23,777 nt of DNA from positions 1-23,777 of the IMG/VR virus record IMGVR_UViG_2698536484_000001; one strand, 5' to 3'. The notes beneath the pieces were generated by a model that saw only the letters and a program-made list of their open reading frames with translations, had not been told where the DNA came from and searched no databases. Of the stretch, positions 1 through 9,377 are shown piece after piece. This stretch comes from a virus. Its lineage: Duplodnaviria > Heunggongvirae > Uroviricota > Caudoviricetes. The translations under genes and the position numbers were made by a program. The stretch's first letter is position 1, and each line of letters opens with the position of its first letter.

Positions 1-739
1 ACGTCATAGCCGACTGGCCGATAAACCGGGTCGGCGAACTGCTCCCCTGGCGCGTAGCACTGCCGACTGAATAACACATCCCCGTCAATACGGTTCTTGC
101 TGCACGCTTACCCATATTGTGTGCATGATCCATAATTGTGTGTGATTGCCCTGAAAGTAGGGTACGTCCGACATCAATCCCGCGCCCGTCATCCCAGATA
201 CGAATGAAATCACCGCGTGCGTCAGGTAATGCCAGAGCCGGAAACACTTTCGCCAGCACAGGGTAATCAGTGGCAGAGAATTTCGCGCCGTTGAACTTCA
301 AAAACACCATACCGGACCAGCTATCGATTACGGTATCTGGCATTGCAGCGGACGGCCAGAAGAACGGAACGCCAATAGCTGGAGCTCCTTCTCCCAAACC
401 AAGGTTTTCGAGAGCCGTTTCCACCGTGCCATCCGATTTGATATCACCAAACGGATTCTTGCGGCTCAGGTATTCAACAGCAAACCCCGATCCCAGCAAT
501 TCAACAAAACCGGGCAGATCACCATTATCAAGCACATCCCGTTGCGTTTTGTCACTTACAAACTGGGCCAGAGCTGCAGCAATAAAGCTGGCCTGCCGAA
601 TAACCTTATTGACTTGCGCACTGGATGCTTTCCCTGCTGTAAATCCGGATAAAAGCGCAGGCAACGCTTCCCATTCCTCCTGCGACATAACATTGGCATT
701 CCGATCAGTTGCAAACGCTTTAAAGTCATTTTTCGCCAT
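1..739 (-). CDS. Tail fibre protein, N-terminal ~246 aa (gene continues beyond window start)
   Basis: Minus-strand frame open from ATG at 739 (shares one base with stop of upstream gene, TGATG) to the window edge with no stop; absent from ORF track because no in-window stop. My translation [33 protein letters not shown]...[13 protein letters not shown]...[62 protein letters not shown] carries the tail-collar type motif (LPDxRGxFxRxWDxGRGxD ... HxH) known from phage tail fibres. Position after the baseplate genes fits. Confidence 0.65.
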   Translation of the reverse strand, partial: MAKNDFKAFATDRNANVMSQEEWEALPALLSGFTAGKASSAQVNKVIRQASFIAAALAQFVSDKTQRDVLDNGDLPGFVELLGSGFAVEYLSRKNPFGDIKSDGTVETALENLGLGEGAPAIGVPFFWPSAAMPDTVIDSWSGMVFLKFNGAKFSATDYPVLAKVFPALALPDARGDFIRIWDDGRGIDVGRTLLSGQSHTIMDHAHNMGKRAARTVLTGMCYSVGSATRQGSSSPTRFIGQSAMT

Positions 740-1419
740 CAGAGTAATACTCCCCATGCCCCTACATCAAAACCACTGATGAATTCGTTATCCATATCAA
801 AACCAAAAAATTTTGAACCTTCCGATGGGGTTTCCACCGAAGGTGTTTCAATGCCACCCGCCCATACCCCGGCGGCTTTTACTGTGAGATACCCCTGTTT
901 AATTGCCGCAATTAACTCACGCGATACATCTGAAATATCAGTATCAGGAAAGACCCAGACCGATATCGTCATGTCATGGTTATCGACTATCTGCATTCGC
1001 AGTCCGGATCCTGCTGTTGCCGCGTCAAGAATTGCCGGAAGCGAATCATTCCGTCCGTCCCAGTTATTAATCGCAATCTTCGCTTTAAGGATGACACGAT
1101 AAGTTTCATCGCTGAGGTACATGTATCCGGAATCAGGATCGTATGGCCCCTGCCATACACCCTGATCATATCCAAGCCCGTCGGTATCCCAGCTGAAATA
1201 GACACCTGAAATAGGCTGGCTGACAACACGGCTACGTCCGATCCACAATCCCAGAATGTCAAGTTGCACACCAACCGCAGAGTCAATATCAAATGCAGTA
1301 ATCAGCCCTCTGGTGGCAGCCGCAACATCAATAAGCGGCCGGGTCATCAGATCAACATGTGCAAGAAATTTAGGTTTGGTGGCGTGGTAGTTTGTGATTA
1401 GTTCGGTGTATTTGCTCAT
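739..1419 (-). CDS. Baseplate/tail protein (Mu gp48-like position)
   Basis: 226-aa ORF immediately downstream of the J-like gene, start overlaps its stop; assignment by synteny with Mu-type baseplate order only. Confidence 0.45.
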   Translation of the reverse strand: MSKYTELITNYHATKPKFLAHVDLMTRPLIDVAAATRGLITAFDIDSAVGVQLDILGLWIGRSRVVSQPISGVYFSWDTDGLGYDQGVWQGPYDPDSGYMYLSDETYRVILKAKIAINNWDGRNDSLPAILDAATAGSGLRMQIVDNHDMTISVWVFPDTDISDVSRELIAAIKQGYLTVKAAGVWAGGIETPSVETPSEGSKFFGFDMDNEFISGFDVGAWGVLL

Positions 1420-2615
1420 GACTCCACCGTTATAACGATATTTTCCGGGGTACAGGACGCAGATTCGTTGTATCTGATATCAATGTTTGATGACGACAAA
1501 GCCCCCGGGGATTTCCCAATCGTCAGTTCCTGAATATCGTAATAGCGTGCATTCCCGCCACTCACCACGCCAAGATTCGCCGGTGAGTAAATGCGACTTA
1601 AAAGGACCGAATCACCGATCGTAAGACTATTGATATAGTCGGAAATAGCCTGCTGGATCTGCTGCCCTATCTGTGAGGTATAACCCGTAAAAACTTTTAA
1701 TTTAATCCGGGCATAAACAGGCACATCACTGGAACGCGAGAATTTGATTACATGGGGATTGCCGTATTTATCCGGAACCGTAACGGATGTTGTACCGTGA
1801 GTGGCTGTCCCCTGGCCTTTATTTCCTCTGATAGCCTGAGCAATATCCGTTACATCACCGCCATCCACAATTACAGCAACAGAGTGTGGCGGTAACCCGT
1901 TACCGTCCTCCGAACCAGTATCGTTTTCATAGAGTTTGTGGCGGGTTACACCGGTAACATTAGAAACAGCACCATCCAGTGCTTCAAATGGGGTTATTGA
2001 TGGCAACGCAACACTTTGCGACTGGCGGATACGTAACTCCGCATCAGTTTCTGCTGGAGTGCCTACAGTAGCTGCAGCAGGATTGGTTACCGAAACCCAG
2101 CCACGGGTTGGCGTATTAATTTCAGTGATAGTTCCAGCCAGCGCCGCCACTGCACCACTGACGGAACATTTTGCGGTCACCATCACTGTACCATCCACGC
2201 CGACCACCACTGAAGCAGGCAAACGCCATATCACATTATTACTGTCTTTCACGCTGCCATTAATGATGGTTGTTCCGGCAGTTCCTGTAAGAAGCAAATC
2301 AACCGTAGAATTCGTCGCGCCTTTACGTGAAATACCATTTATTTTCACGTTACTGGTCAGTGCAGCCCCATAGCCGGTTGCCGGTGAAAAACAGTTGTAG
2401 ACAGTTATCGCCATATTATTGACATCATGAATCGCCAGCGCCATCAGAGCCACCATCTGGCCGTCTTTGCTGTCCGGTTCGAGGTAGGCATCACTGCCAT
2501 AAATCTGCTGAAAATAGCTAATCAGGGTGCTGAGTATCGTCTGATAATCAGGCGCACTGATCCCCTCCGCGGTTACCTTTGCAGATAAACCGAGAGAATC
2601 AAGGTTCAGAGCCAT
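1416..2615 (-). CDS. Baseplate J-like protein (Mu gp47 / P2 gpJ position)
   Basis: 399-aa ORF, largest baseplate component, follows the small wedge gene with ATGA-type overlap; size and position typical of baseplate J family. Confidence 0.55.
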   Translation of the reverse strand: MALNLDSLGLSAKVTAEGISAPDYQTILSTLISYFQQIYGSDAYLEPDSKDGQMVALMALAIHDVNNMAITVYNCFSPATGYGAALTSNVKINGISRKGATNSTVDLLLTGTAGTTIINGSVKDSNNVIWRLPASVVVGVDGTVMVTAKCSVSGAVAALAGTITEINTPTRGWVSVTNPAAATVGTPAETDAELRIRQSQSVALPSITPFEALDGAVSNVTGVTRHKLYENDTGSEDGNGLPPHSVAVIVDGGDVTDIAQAIRGNKGQGTATHGTTSVTVPDKYGNPHVIKFSRSSDVPVYARIKLKVFTGYTSQIGQQIQQAISDYINSLTIGDSVLLSRIYSPANLGVVSGGNARYYDIQELTIGKSPGALSSSNIDIRYNESASCTPENIVITVES

Positions 2616-2968
2616 TACGCCTCCGATGTAACAGTCGTTATTCCATAGAGAGTGTCGATTTCAGCGGAAAACATGACACGTCGGGTCGTGGTATCCACCG
2701 TCGTATTGAAAGAGAGGATTGATTTAACGCCCTGCGTTTCCAGAATGCGCTTACGGATCGCCAGGTTGTAGGTTTCCGGCTTCTGCTTACCGAGTACGGA
2801 CTGGATCCACGGAGTCCCCTCGGTGGTGTCGAGAAACCATTGCCCATACCACAATTCGAATCGAGTTTTTACCGCCTGCGCCACGGCCTCCGGTGAGTTA
2901 ATCAGCCAAGTGTCATCACCGCTGCCAAAGGTGTAATCGCCATCGGCGTCTTCACGTCTGTATCGCAT
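2615..2968 (-). CDS. Small baseplate wedge protein (gp25/W position, Mu gp46-like)
   Basis: 117-aa ORF between spike and J-like genes with overlapping stop/start on both sides; assignment by synteny. Confidence 0.45.
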   Translation of the reverse strand: MRYRREDADGDYTFGSGDDTWLINSPEAVAQAVKTRFELWYGQWFLDTTEGTPWIQSVLGKQKPETYNLAIRKRILETQGVKSILSFNTTVDTTTRRVMFSAEIDTLYGITTVTSEA

Positions 2969-3720
2969 CAGTTTACTCCGTCGGTATTGCTTCCACCGCG
3001 CTGAACACCACCATGAGTGTGCGTATCATCGATTGGCTTGCCGTTAGCCTTCACGCTACCCAAAAACTCAACAGCACCAGTGATTTTTGAAGCCACACCA
3101 GAAACAACAGACCCCACCATGCCTCCCATCCAGGTTAACAGGCCATGAATGGTTACTTTCTCAGAAAAATCAGCCAGAGGGGCAACCACATCAAGGCCCC
3201 CCGGAGCGACAATTTTAATTTTCCTGGTATCAGGATTAAGCTCAAAATAGGTGCTGCCGTCATCACTACGCAACTGTGTGGCACTGGTATTAATACCGCT
3301 AATCTTCCTTGCCTGCGACTGGGGACCGACAATACAAAACGCATCCGATAAATCATGCATTCTGTCATCGACCGGCTCCTGTATCCCGCCACTCTGCCAC
3401 CAGAAATCAATACAACGATCGGCAAAAATCACCAAACATTCATCACCGGCTTTAACTGGAAACGTTAGCGTACAGCCTCCGCCACGCGGGAATACCACTG
3501 GCACATCCACCAGCAATGGGTAATTTTTGGTAATGCGGTTGCCGTCGTTATCAATTTCAACGTAACGGATAGCAGGCTGTACAACCGCCGTCACCGCATC
3601 AGGAGCGAATGACTGAACAATGCCAGGCAAGGCGACACGGATCTGGTTCTTTGTTGTTTCCCGTTCAGATTTAAATGTTTCGGCAAGGTCGCCGCTGCGG
3701 GTCTGGTCAGATACTGCCAT
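2968..3720 (-). CDS. Baseplate spike / assembly protein V-like (Mu gp45-like)
   Basis: 250-aa ORF; C-terminal ...DDTHTHGGVQRGGSNTDGVN resembles the His-rich apex (HxH..GG) of P2 gpV-type spikes; GGAG Shine-Dalgarno 8 nt upstream of ATG at 3720. Confidence 0.55.
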   Translation of the reverse strand: MAVSDQTRSGDLAETFKSERETTKNQIRVALPGIVQSFAPDAVTAVVQPAIRYVEIDNDGNRITKNYPLLVDVPVVFPRGGGCTLTFPVKAGDECLVIFADRCIDFWWQSGGIQEPVDDRMHDLSDAFCIVGPQSQARKISGINTSATQLRSDDGSTYFELNPDTRKIKIVAPGGLDVVAPLADFSEKVTIHGLLTWMGGMVGSVVSGVASKITGAVEFLGSVKANGKPIDDTHTHGGVQRGGSNTDGVN

Positions 3721-3739
3721 TTAGTAGGCTCCAGAAAGC

Positions 3740-3764
3740 AAAAAACCCGCCAAGTGGCGGGTTT
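3740..3764 (-). terminator. Rho-independent terminator ending the two-gene insert
   Basis: Minus strand reads AAACCCGCC-acuu-GGCGGGUUUUUU: 6-bp GC-rich stem (cccgcc/ggcggg, plus 3746-3761), 4-nt loop, followed by a 6-U tract; sits 21 nt after the stop at 3785. Confidence 0.65.
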
Positions 3765-3784
3765 GAATTTTGAGAAATTTCAGC

Positions 3785-4213
3785 TTATGCAGTTAACGAG
3801 TCATCACCAATCTTCAGTAATTGATTAACGATTGCATCGACCTCTTCCGCATCCAGAATTACACTTCTCGCGGTAATCCGGTTGATTTTCCGCTCAAGCT
3901 TGTAATCAGAATTAACACGTTGGGCATGCGTCATTTTCAGTTTAACGCCGATTTTCTTTACTGCGTTAACATCAACATCGTTAAGTGCAGCTGCCTCACC
4001 ACTACAAAAGGCCGTATAGACTCGCATGTGAACTCCACCTTTTAGTTTTTCACCATCTTGTGTAGCGGTCGGTACCAGATTGTTGGTGATCCGTAAGGCG
4101 GAATGGTACATACCATAGTATGCTCGGCTAATAGCATTTCTCGTCCACATCTCACCGTTTAGAGCCAGGGAATGCTTAGCCAATTCAAGAAAACAGGTAT
4201 GCTCAACCGACAT
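3785..4213 (-). CDS. Hypothetical protein B of inserted cassette (142 aa); possible HEPN-like effector
   Basis: ORF start ATG shares a base with the stop of the upstream gene (TAATG at 4211-4215), implying translational coupling. Contains R-AYYGMY-H (an R-x6-H arrangement), compatible with but not diagnostic of the HEPN Rx4-6H RNase motif. Visibly AT-richer than flanking tail genes. Confidence 0.5.
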   Translation of the reverse strand: MSVEHTCFLELAKHSLALNGEMWTRNAISRAYYGMYHSALRITNNLVPTATQDGEKLKGGVHMRVYTAFCSGEAAALNDVDVNAVKKIGVKLKMTHAQRVNSDYKLERKINRITARSVILDAEEVDAIVNQLLKIGDDSLTA

Positions 4214-4944
4214 TAGAGTTCCCCGGCTTCAAAGCATCCGACGCATTCTGAATCCGCAAGCCCCGCAATAATAATCTCATCAGCCAAGGCATTATTCATC
4301 TGCGAAAGAAGCACTGGATCGTCTGTTTTGACTTCAACGAACAGCGTATCAAGTTCTGACATTACATAAAAAGCATGAGCGCCAGCAAGACGAGCGCGGT
4401 ACTTTTCTGCAACGTTCATCATGAGCCGCCCAATAGTTTTTAGCTCCTGAGCATGATCTTTTTGGGTATGCAGATAATTGAGCGTGTCATACCATTTGCC
4501 CATATCTTCAGGGCGCGGCACTTCCATTGCAGTTAGCATCGGCATCACCTTTTCAAGCAAATCGATATCAACCCAGTATGCAGAAATTGTAGCAACCTCA
4601 GCCAATATCGTTGGATTAAGTGAATCAGATGCTTTCTGAATCATCACATACTGGCGAGCATGCAAACCTAAGTTACGCAGCGCAATCGTATAGTTACAAA
4701 AAGAAACTGGATCGTTAGGCGCTATTCTCAACCCCCGCTCACAGAGTGAACATCCTTCATCTATTTCACCAAGAACAAGCTTAGCTAAGCCTTCAATTGA
4801 TAGCCCCTGATAACGTTCAGGTAGTTTCTTCGCTTCACGAATGATTCGATGGATTTCAAACTCACTCAGAAGGTTTTCACCCTTAGTTAATGAAGGAGTC
4901 AGAAGATCTAACAGTTCTCCTGATTTTGGCTGCGCTAAGCTCAT
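4213..4944 (-). CDS. Hypothetical protein A of inserted cassette (243 aa)
   Basis: ORF with AGGAA ~10 nt upstream of ATG at 4944; two CxxC pairs (EGCSLCERG near the N-terminal third and SECVGCFEAGEL at the C-terminus) suggest a possible metal-binding site. No family recognised. Confidence 0.5.
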   Translation of the reverse strand: MSLAQPKSGELLDLLTPSLTKGENLLSEFEIHRIIREAKKLPERYQGLSIEGLAKLVLGEIDEGCSLCERGLRIAPNDPVSFCNYTIALRNLGLHARQYVMIQKASDSLNPTILAEVATISAYWVDIDLLEKVMPMLTAMEVPRPEDMGKWYDTLNYLHTQKDHAQELKTIGRLMMNVAEKYRARLAGAHAFYVMSELDTLFVEVKTDDPVLLSQMNNALADEIIIAGLADSECVGCFEAGEL

Positions 4945-5093
4945 GTTTTAGTTATTCCTGGCTTTAATGAAGTAGCATATCGATGGCAATCCACCATCAA
5001 AAAGTCAGTGCAGTGTAATCGCTCGTCTCAAAAAACAACAGTTTTTAGAGCACATTTTGTTGTTTTTCAGGCGTTACGAATTTCAGGTTACCT

Positions 5094-5435
5094 TCACCCA
5101 GCCACTTTTTTACAAGGGAAAGATCCGATGATTTTCGGCGCATCCATGCTGTTCTGCAGAAGCTGGACATTCAGGAATCGCGTTTCGGTACCAGGGCGAC
5201 GAATGTATTCAAAGCCGTAGTTGTTACCGTCTTTGGCAGGCATAAGCCCCATGTCTACTTTCAAACCATTGGTACCCAGTTCGGTGATTTTTTGAGAGGT
5301 AACTCTTTCACCGTTGATAGTCGATAACTCGCCCTGGTTTGCAACCATAGTGTAGCCACCGCATTTAACCGTGAAGCCATCCGCCCACGCGCTGCACGCA
5401 GAAAAGACAGCTAACAGAAAAATAATACCCCTCAT
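5094..5435 (-). CDS. Small secreted (periplasmic or lipo-) protein, 113 aa
   Basis: N-terminus MRGIIFLLAVFSACSAWA-DGF is a signal peptide with an A-x-A cleavage site (a Cys at FSAC could alternatively be a lipobox); two further Cys in the mature part. AGGGGA Shine-Dalgarno 6 nt upstream; start is 3 nt after the hub gene stop. Confidence 0.55.
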   Translation of the reverse strand: MRGIIFLLAVFSACSAWADGFTVKCGGYTMVANQGELSTINGERVTSQKITELGTNGLKVDMGLMPAKDGNNYGFEYIRRPGTETRFLNVQLLQNSMDAPKIIGSFPCKKVAG

Positions 5436-5438
5436 TGC

Positions 5439-6500
5439 TCATCCCCTTTGCAAAGCCGATCGCGTATACAGATCCGCCGCGCCACGCGCTTCGCACATCA
5501 TATCCATGTACCACGCCTGGCCCCTTGTGTCGCCAGTGTACATAATCCCGCGCACAATATAAACGCCATCCGTTGCGATGCTGGCAGGCTGCGATGTGGT
5601 GCCGCTTAGCGTGATATTTCCATCCGTGTTCTGGTCGGTGATCTGACCACCAGCCATCGCAATATCGTTGTTCGACAAGGCGGTACGATACACGGAAGCC
5701 TGATCCAGCTGAATAAGTCCGTTAACCCGGATGTTCGGATTAATAAGCGCGCGGACGTTTACGCCGTTACCGATAGTCTGCTGCGGCATGCCAATAAGCC
5801 CGGTAGCGCTGTTGAGCACAATCGCTTCATGAACATATTCGTTATTCGCCACCATCTGGCGCTGACCGTCCACGAATTGCCATGTTGTGCCACATTGCCC
5901 GGCTACGTTATCCATTAGATGCCGCGTCATGCCAAAGAGTACCCGCCCCCGGGGGAATACAGTAGCAGGCATTTCAGGCGTCAGGCCTTCGGTCGCGCCT
6001 TTGGCTTCGAAGTCTTTCATCAGCGCACGGTTTACATCAGCGACCGTGTAACCGGCAGCCAGCGTCTGTGAGGTTATACTGGTGGCAAAAGCCAGATCAG
6101 TATCTGCTGCCTGAATCAGGACGTAGGAATCAACCGGACTGTCTTTTCCTGTGACCGAGTAGCGAATTTCACCGCTGAAAATCAGTCCGTAGTTGCGGCC
6201 ATCACTCTGACCCACGTCCGCCGCGTCAACTTCCCGCACGGTCCCGACGTCGCTTGCCGACACCTCCGGCGCGATACCGTCGTAACCGGCAATCAGACGC
6301 ACTTTCGAAAACTCCTGCCCGGTGATTCGGTTCACAGTATCTGCCGAGAGGTTATAAATTTTGATAGTCCCTACCCGGGACGCGCTGCTGATGTTGAACC
6401 AGTCGATCGTAAAGGTGACTTTAAAATCACTTAGCTCAATTCCCTGACCGTTCCCGTCCACAAGCTGCAGCTCGAAATGTCTCATCCAGTTCTGTGACAT
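5439..6500 (-). CDS. Baseplate hub protein (Mu gp44/P-like, P2 gpD-like position)
   Basis: 353-aa ORF downstream of tape measure and two small tail genes; size and order match the Mu-type tail module. Confidence 0.5.
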   Translation of the reverse strand: MSQNWMRHFELQLVDGNGQGIELSDFKVTFTIDWFNISSASRVGTIKIYNLSADTVNRITGQEFSKVRLIAGYDGIAPEVSASDVGTVREVDAADVGQSDGRNYGLIFSGEIRYSVTGKDSPVDSYVLIQAADTDLAFATSITSQTLAAGYTVADVNRALMKDFEAKGATEGLTPEMPATVFPRGRVLFGMTRHLMDNVAGQCGTTWQFVDGQRQMVANNEYVHEAIVLNSATGLIGMPQQTIGNGVNVRALINPNIRVNGLIQLDQASVYRTALSNNDIAMAGGQITDQNTDGNITLSGTTSQPASIATDGVYIVRGIMYTGDTRGQAWYMDMMCEARGAADLYTRSALQRG

Positions 6501-6502
6501 GC

Positions 6503-6805
6503 TTACTCCGTTGATACCAGTAAATGGCTGCGACCGCCCAGGTCAGTTTTTGTGGGGTAATCCTGTGTGTTGTCATCACAGACCACCACCAGCTTAAAAC
6601 CAAGCCCCATACAGGCGTACTGCGCCAGCAGGTCAGCACCAGTGACGAGAGGAATACCGGAGATTACCGGCTCCCCTCTGTCGTTCTGCAGGTCCATAAT
6701 CCAGTACAGATCGCGCCATATGATGCTAATCCGCCAGGTGACACCACCCAGGACGATGCTGAACTGCTGGTTGTCCGCTGTCAGCGGAATTTCCTGAATT
6801 GTCAT
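6503..6805 (-). CDS. Small tail/baseplate protein (100 aa)
   Basis: ORF tightly packed between the 195-aa gene and the hub gene; function inferred from position only. Confidence 0.4.
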   Translation of the reverse strand: MTIQEIPLTADNQQFSIVLGGVTWRISIIWRDLYWIMDLQNDRGEPVISGIPLVTGADLLAQYACMGLGFKLVVVCDDNTQDYPTKTDLGGRSHLLVSTE

Positions 6806-7392
6806 TAGCCGCCCCCCAGTAATGACGCCACGTTACCCGTGATGCTTTTCAGCAGTGAAGTATCTGGAGGTTTTGTGGTTTTGTTGCCGCTGTTCTGTAC
6901 CGCCGACGTGCTGGCCCCTTCCTTCATGTTGGTTTTATCCGCGACGGTAATCTGCTGTGTCCGGGAGATAATGACCTCCCTCAGGGTGAGGACGGCGGAC
7001 AGGACGTTTTCGGTTGTCTTGTCCGTCGTCACTTCCAGCGCCCGGATCAACATGTTGCTGTACAGCCGTTTACCGGTTACCACATCGAAGGGGATACGGC
7101 TTTCCTGCAGATCCAGTAGCTCCTGATACGTCTGCTGAGGACTCAGGCCGAGCAGGCTGGTAGCCGTCAGGTTACTGGCAAAATCCAGCAATGCGCCGCC
7201 ACCGGCGAAACCAACCTCCATCACCACTTCTGACGGTTTTTTATAGGCATGATCAGCGACAGCGGCCCCGACCTCTACCGGATGCTCTGTTATTTCAAGC
7301 ATATCTGTATGCTTCTCTGAAATAACAACACTGGGAACAATCATTCCTATTTTTCTGCTCTGCTGATGAAAAAGTGTAGAGAGAATATCCAC
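6805..7392 (-). CDS. Tail protein following tape measure (195 aa)
   Basis: Start overlaps the tape measure stop; occupies the slot of Mu gp43 / PBSX XkdP but is shorter; function by position only. Confidence 0.4.
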   Translation of the reverse strand: MDILSTLFHQQSRKIGMIVPSVVISEKHTDMLEITEHPVEVGAAVADHAYKKPSEVVMEVGFAGGGALLDFASNLTATSLLGLSPQQTYQELLDLQESRIPFDVVTGKRLYSNMLIRALEVTTDKTTENVLSAVLTLREVIISRTQQITVADKTNMKEGASTSAVQNSGNKTTKPPDTSLLKSITGNVASLLGGG

Positions 7393-9377
7393 TAACCCAC
7401 CCTCACCTGATTACTTCGCATGACCTGAGCATTTGCAGACTGTTGCCGACGTGCAACCTCATTACCGACAGCGTGCGGATCTCCGCCACCGTAAATATGG
7501 TAGGTATTTTGCTGGTTAACCTCTGTCACTTTGCCACTAATTCCCGCCACGGCAGCCTTATTAATCAGCTCTCGAGAATAGATATTTCTTCCATTCTCAT
7601 GCTGGATAATGCTGCTCATCAATGCTGACATGGTTTGCGGATCGCTCATATTCAGGGCAGCCCGGGGATCCACTCCCAGTCGTTGCGATACAGCCCTGAT
7701 ATACGCGGTTGTGTTGTTATTATCAGACGCAGGTGCCCAGGTAGAGATAATTTTCTCCACACTGTTTATTCCCCGTCCGGCGTACAGCATTAACTGACGA
7801 GCAAGAGCCCGTAATCCATCAAAAGCGGTTTCAAATCTGGCAAATCGCCCGCCCGGTCGTTCAAGAGAAGCCCCCGCCTGACCAGCAAAATTAAGGTTTC
7901 CCGGATTGTTATTCCGTTCTCCTCGCTTCGTAGCCTGTGCATGTTGTTCCGGCTCAGCACCTGGAATATCTGACTGAATATTTGCGCCTTTTACGGTATG
8001 AGGATTACGACCAAAATCGGTATCAATGCCAAGCCAGCGCAATGAATCTCCAATATTTTGTTTCGTGTAATCCCAGGATGACTTCGCACTGGCACCAATA
8101 TTTTCGCGATCGGAGTACAAATAAGCAGCATAAGCCATCCAGCCTTTTAACCATGGAGGTACCGGCAAACCAGATATTTTCCCGAAAGCCCCCAGAACCC
8201 TGGATACCCAGACACCCGCGATGAATGTACCGAGGATTTCCAGTGCATTTTGCCAGCCGCCAACACCATCTTTTAGTTCCAGAAGGTGATCACGAAGCCA
8301 GGTGATCGCATCCTTCGCTTTATCTATTGCCGGTTGCCATTTTTCCCAGTCGATAAGACTGTTACCGCCTTCTTTCCATGTTTTGTAGTCTTCCCACAAG
8401 AGACCGAGAGCCACGATCAGACCGGTAATCAGCCCTATAGGTGACATCCAGAAAGTAGAGTTAAGTATCCGCATGGCGACAACCAGACCGCCGATAACCT
8501 CTATCAGGGTTTTCGTTTCGGCATCCAGTTTCCCCCACCACTCGATGATATCTCCGACACCATCGACTATCCGAAATGCTACCCGCCCGACTATCTCACC
8601 CAGCCAGAGGATCCCCTTTATGACCTTTGTGATGGTGACTTCAATTTTGGGAAAATTTTCAATTATCTTTTTGCGCAGGTTATCAATCTGCCCCGCCAGT
8701 CCGCCCGCAAGATTCGATCCGATTTTGTCCCGCGCCATCCCGGCCATTTCACCGAGCGATTTCAGCGAGGTCATAAACCGGTTTGACGATAAGGCAGCCT
8801 GATCGGCATTAAATCCGATCGCTTTCACCATTTCTGAATACTGAGCGCTGAACTGCCCCACTCCGCGACGCATAGCCATCAGGGTATTTTCGTCAATGCC
8901 CAGCATCTGCGCATACTGGTTAGCCCGGTAATACGGCATACCGCTGAGCTTCTGGCCTACACCTGTAAAAATAGCGGCCATGTCACGCATGTTGCCGCTG
9001 GCATCACGGGTCTGTACGCCCAGGCGATTCAGGAAGCCTTCCGCCCCGGGATTGTTACGAATAAACCGGGAGAGGCTTTCCAGAGAAGATCGCGCAGCGT
9101 CCACGCTGCCGCCAACCTGCGAAACCGCATAGCCAATAGACTGAATTCCCTGGACTGTCGCGCCGGTGCGCTGTGACGCCCAGTAAAGATTATCCAGACC
9201 GGAGGCGATCTTAGCCGTAAAGGCCACCACGGACAGCGCAGCTCCTTCAACAGCCAGCCCCATTTTGATGACATTTGCAGTTGTACCGGCGAGGACAGAA
9301 CCGAACTTTTTCGCTCCTGCATCATCCACACTGAAGCCAAGCGAGACGAGGAAATCTTTAATAGTTTCAGCGTTCAT
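7392..9377 (-). CDS. Tail tape measure protein
   Basis: Long ORF after the chaperone pair; track ORF starts at a TTG at 9398, but the first ATG (9377-9375, MNAETIKDFLVSLGF...) is preceded by GGAGAGAGG and is the likelier start. Middle region has hydrophobic helix-like segments (ILWLGEIVGRVAF..., IGGLVVAMRIL..., IGLITGLIVALGLLW) typical of tape measure proteins. Confidence 0.75.
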   Translation of the reverse strand: MNAETIKDFLVSLGFSVDDAGAKKFGSVLAGTTANVIKMGLAVEGAALSVVAFTAKIASGLDNLYWASQRTGATVQGIQSIGYAVSQVGGSVDAARSSLESLSRFIRNNPGAEGFLNRLGVQTRDASGNMRDMAAIFTGVGQKLSGMPYYRANQYAQMLGIDENTLMAMRRGVGQFSAQYSEMVKAIGFNADQAALSSNRFMTSLKSLGEMAGMARDKIGSNLAGGLAGQIDNLRKKIIENFPKIEVTITKVIKGILWLGEIVGRVAFRIVDGVGDIIEWWGKLDAETKTLIEVIGGLVVAMRILNSTFWMSPIGLITGLIVALGLLWEDYKTWKEGGNSLIDWEKWQPAIDKAKDAITWLRDHLLELKDGVGGWQNALEILGTFIAGVWVSRVLGAFGKISGLPVPPWLKGWMAYAAYLYSDRENIGASAKSSWDYTKQNIGDSLRWLGIDTDFGRNPHTVKGANIQSDIPGAEPEQHAQATKRGERNNNPGNLNFAGQAGASLERPGGRFARFETAFDGLRALARQLMLYAGRGINSVEKIISTWAPASDNNNTTAYIRAVSQRLGVDPRAALNMSDPQTMSALMSSIIQHENGRNIYSRELINKAAVAGISGKVTEVNQQNTYHIYGGGDPHAVGNEVARRQQSANAQVMRSNQVRVG

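Noticed and set aside
270-779. 169-aa plus-strand ORF at the window start
   Set aside because: Antisense to the tail fibre gene, whose minus-strand frame carries a recognisable tail-collar motif and proper start coupling; the plus ORF is a mirror artefact.
5032-5071. AT-only 10-bp inverted repeat (AAAAACAACA...TGTTGTTTTT) after the secreted-protein gene
   Set aside because: Could act as a weak terminator, but the stem is entirely A-T with a ~20-nt loop and the U tract is part of the stem; too weak to call.
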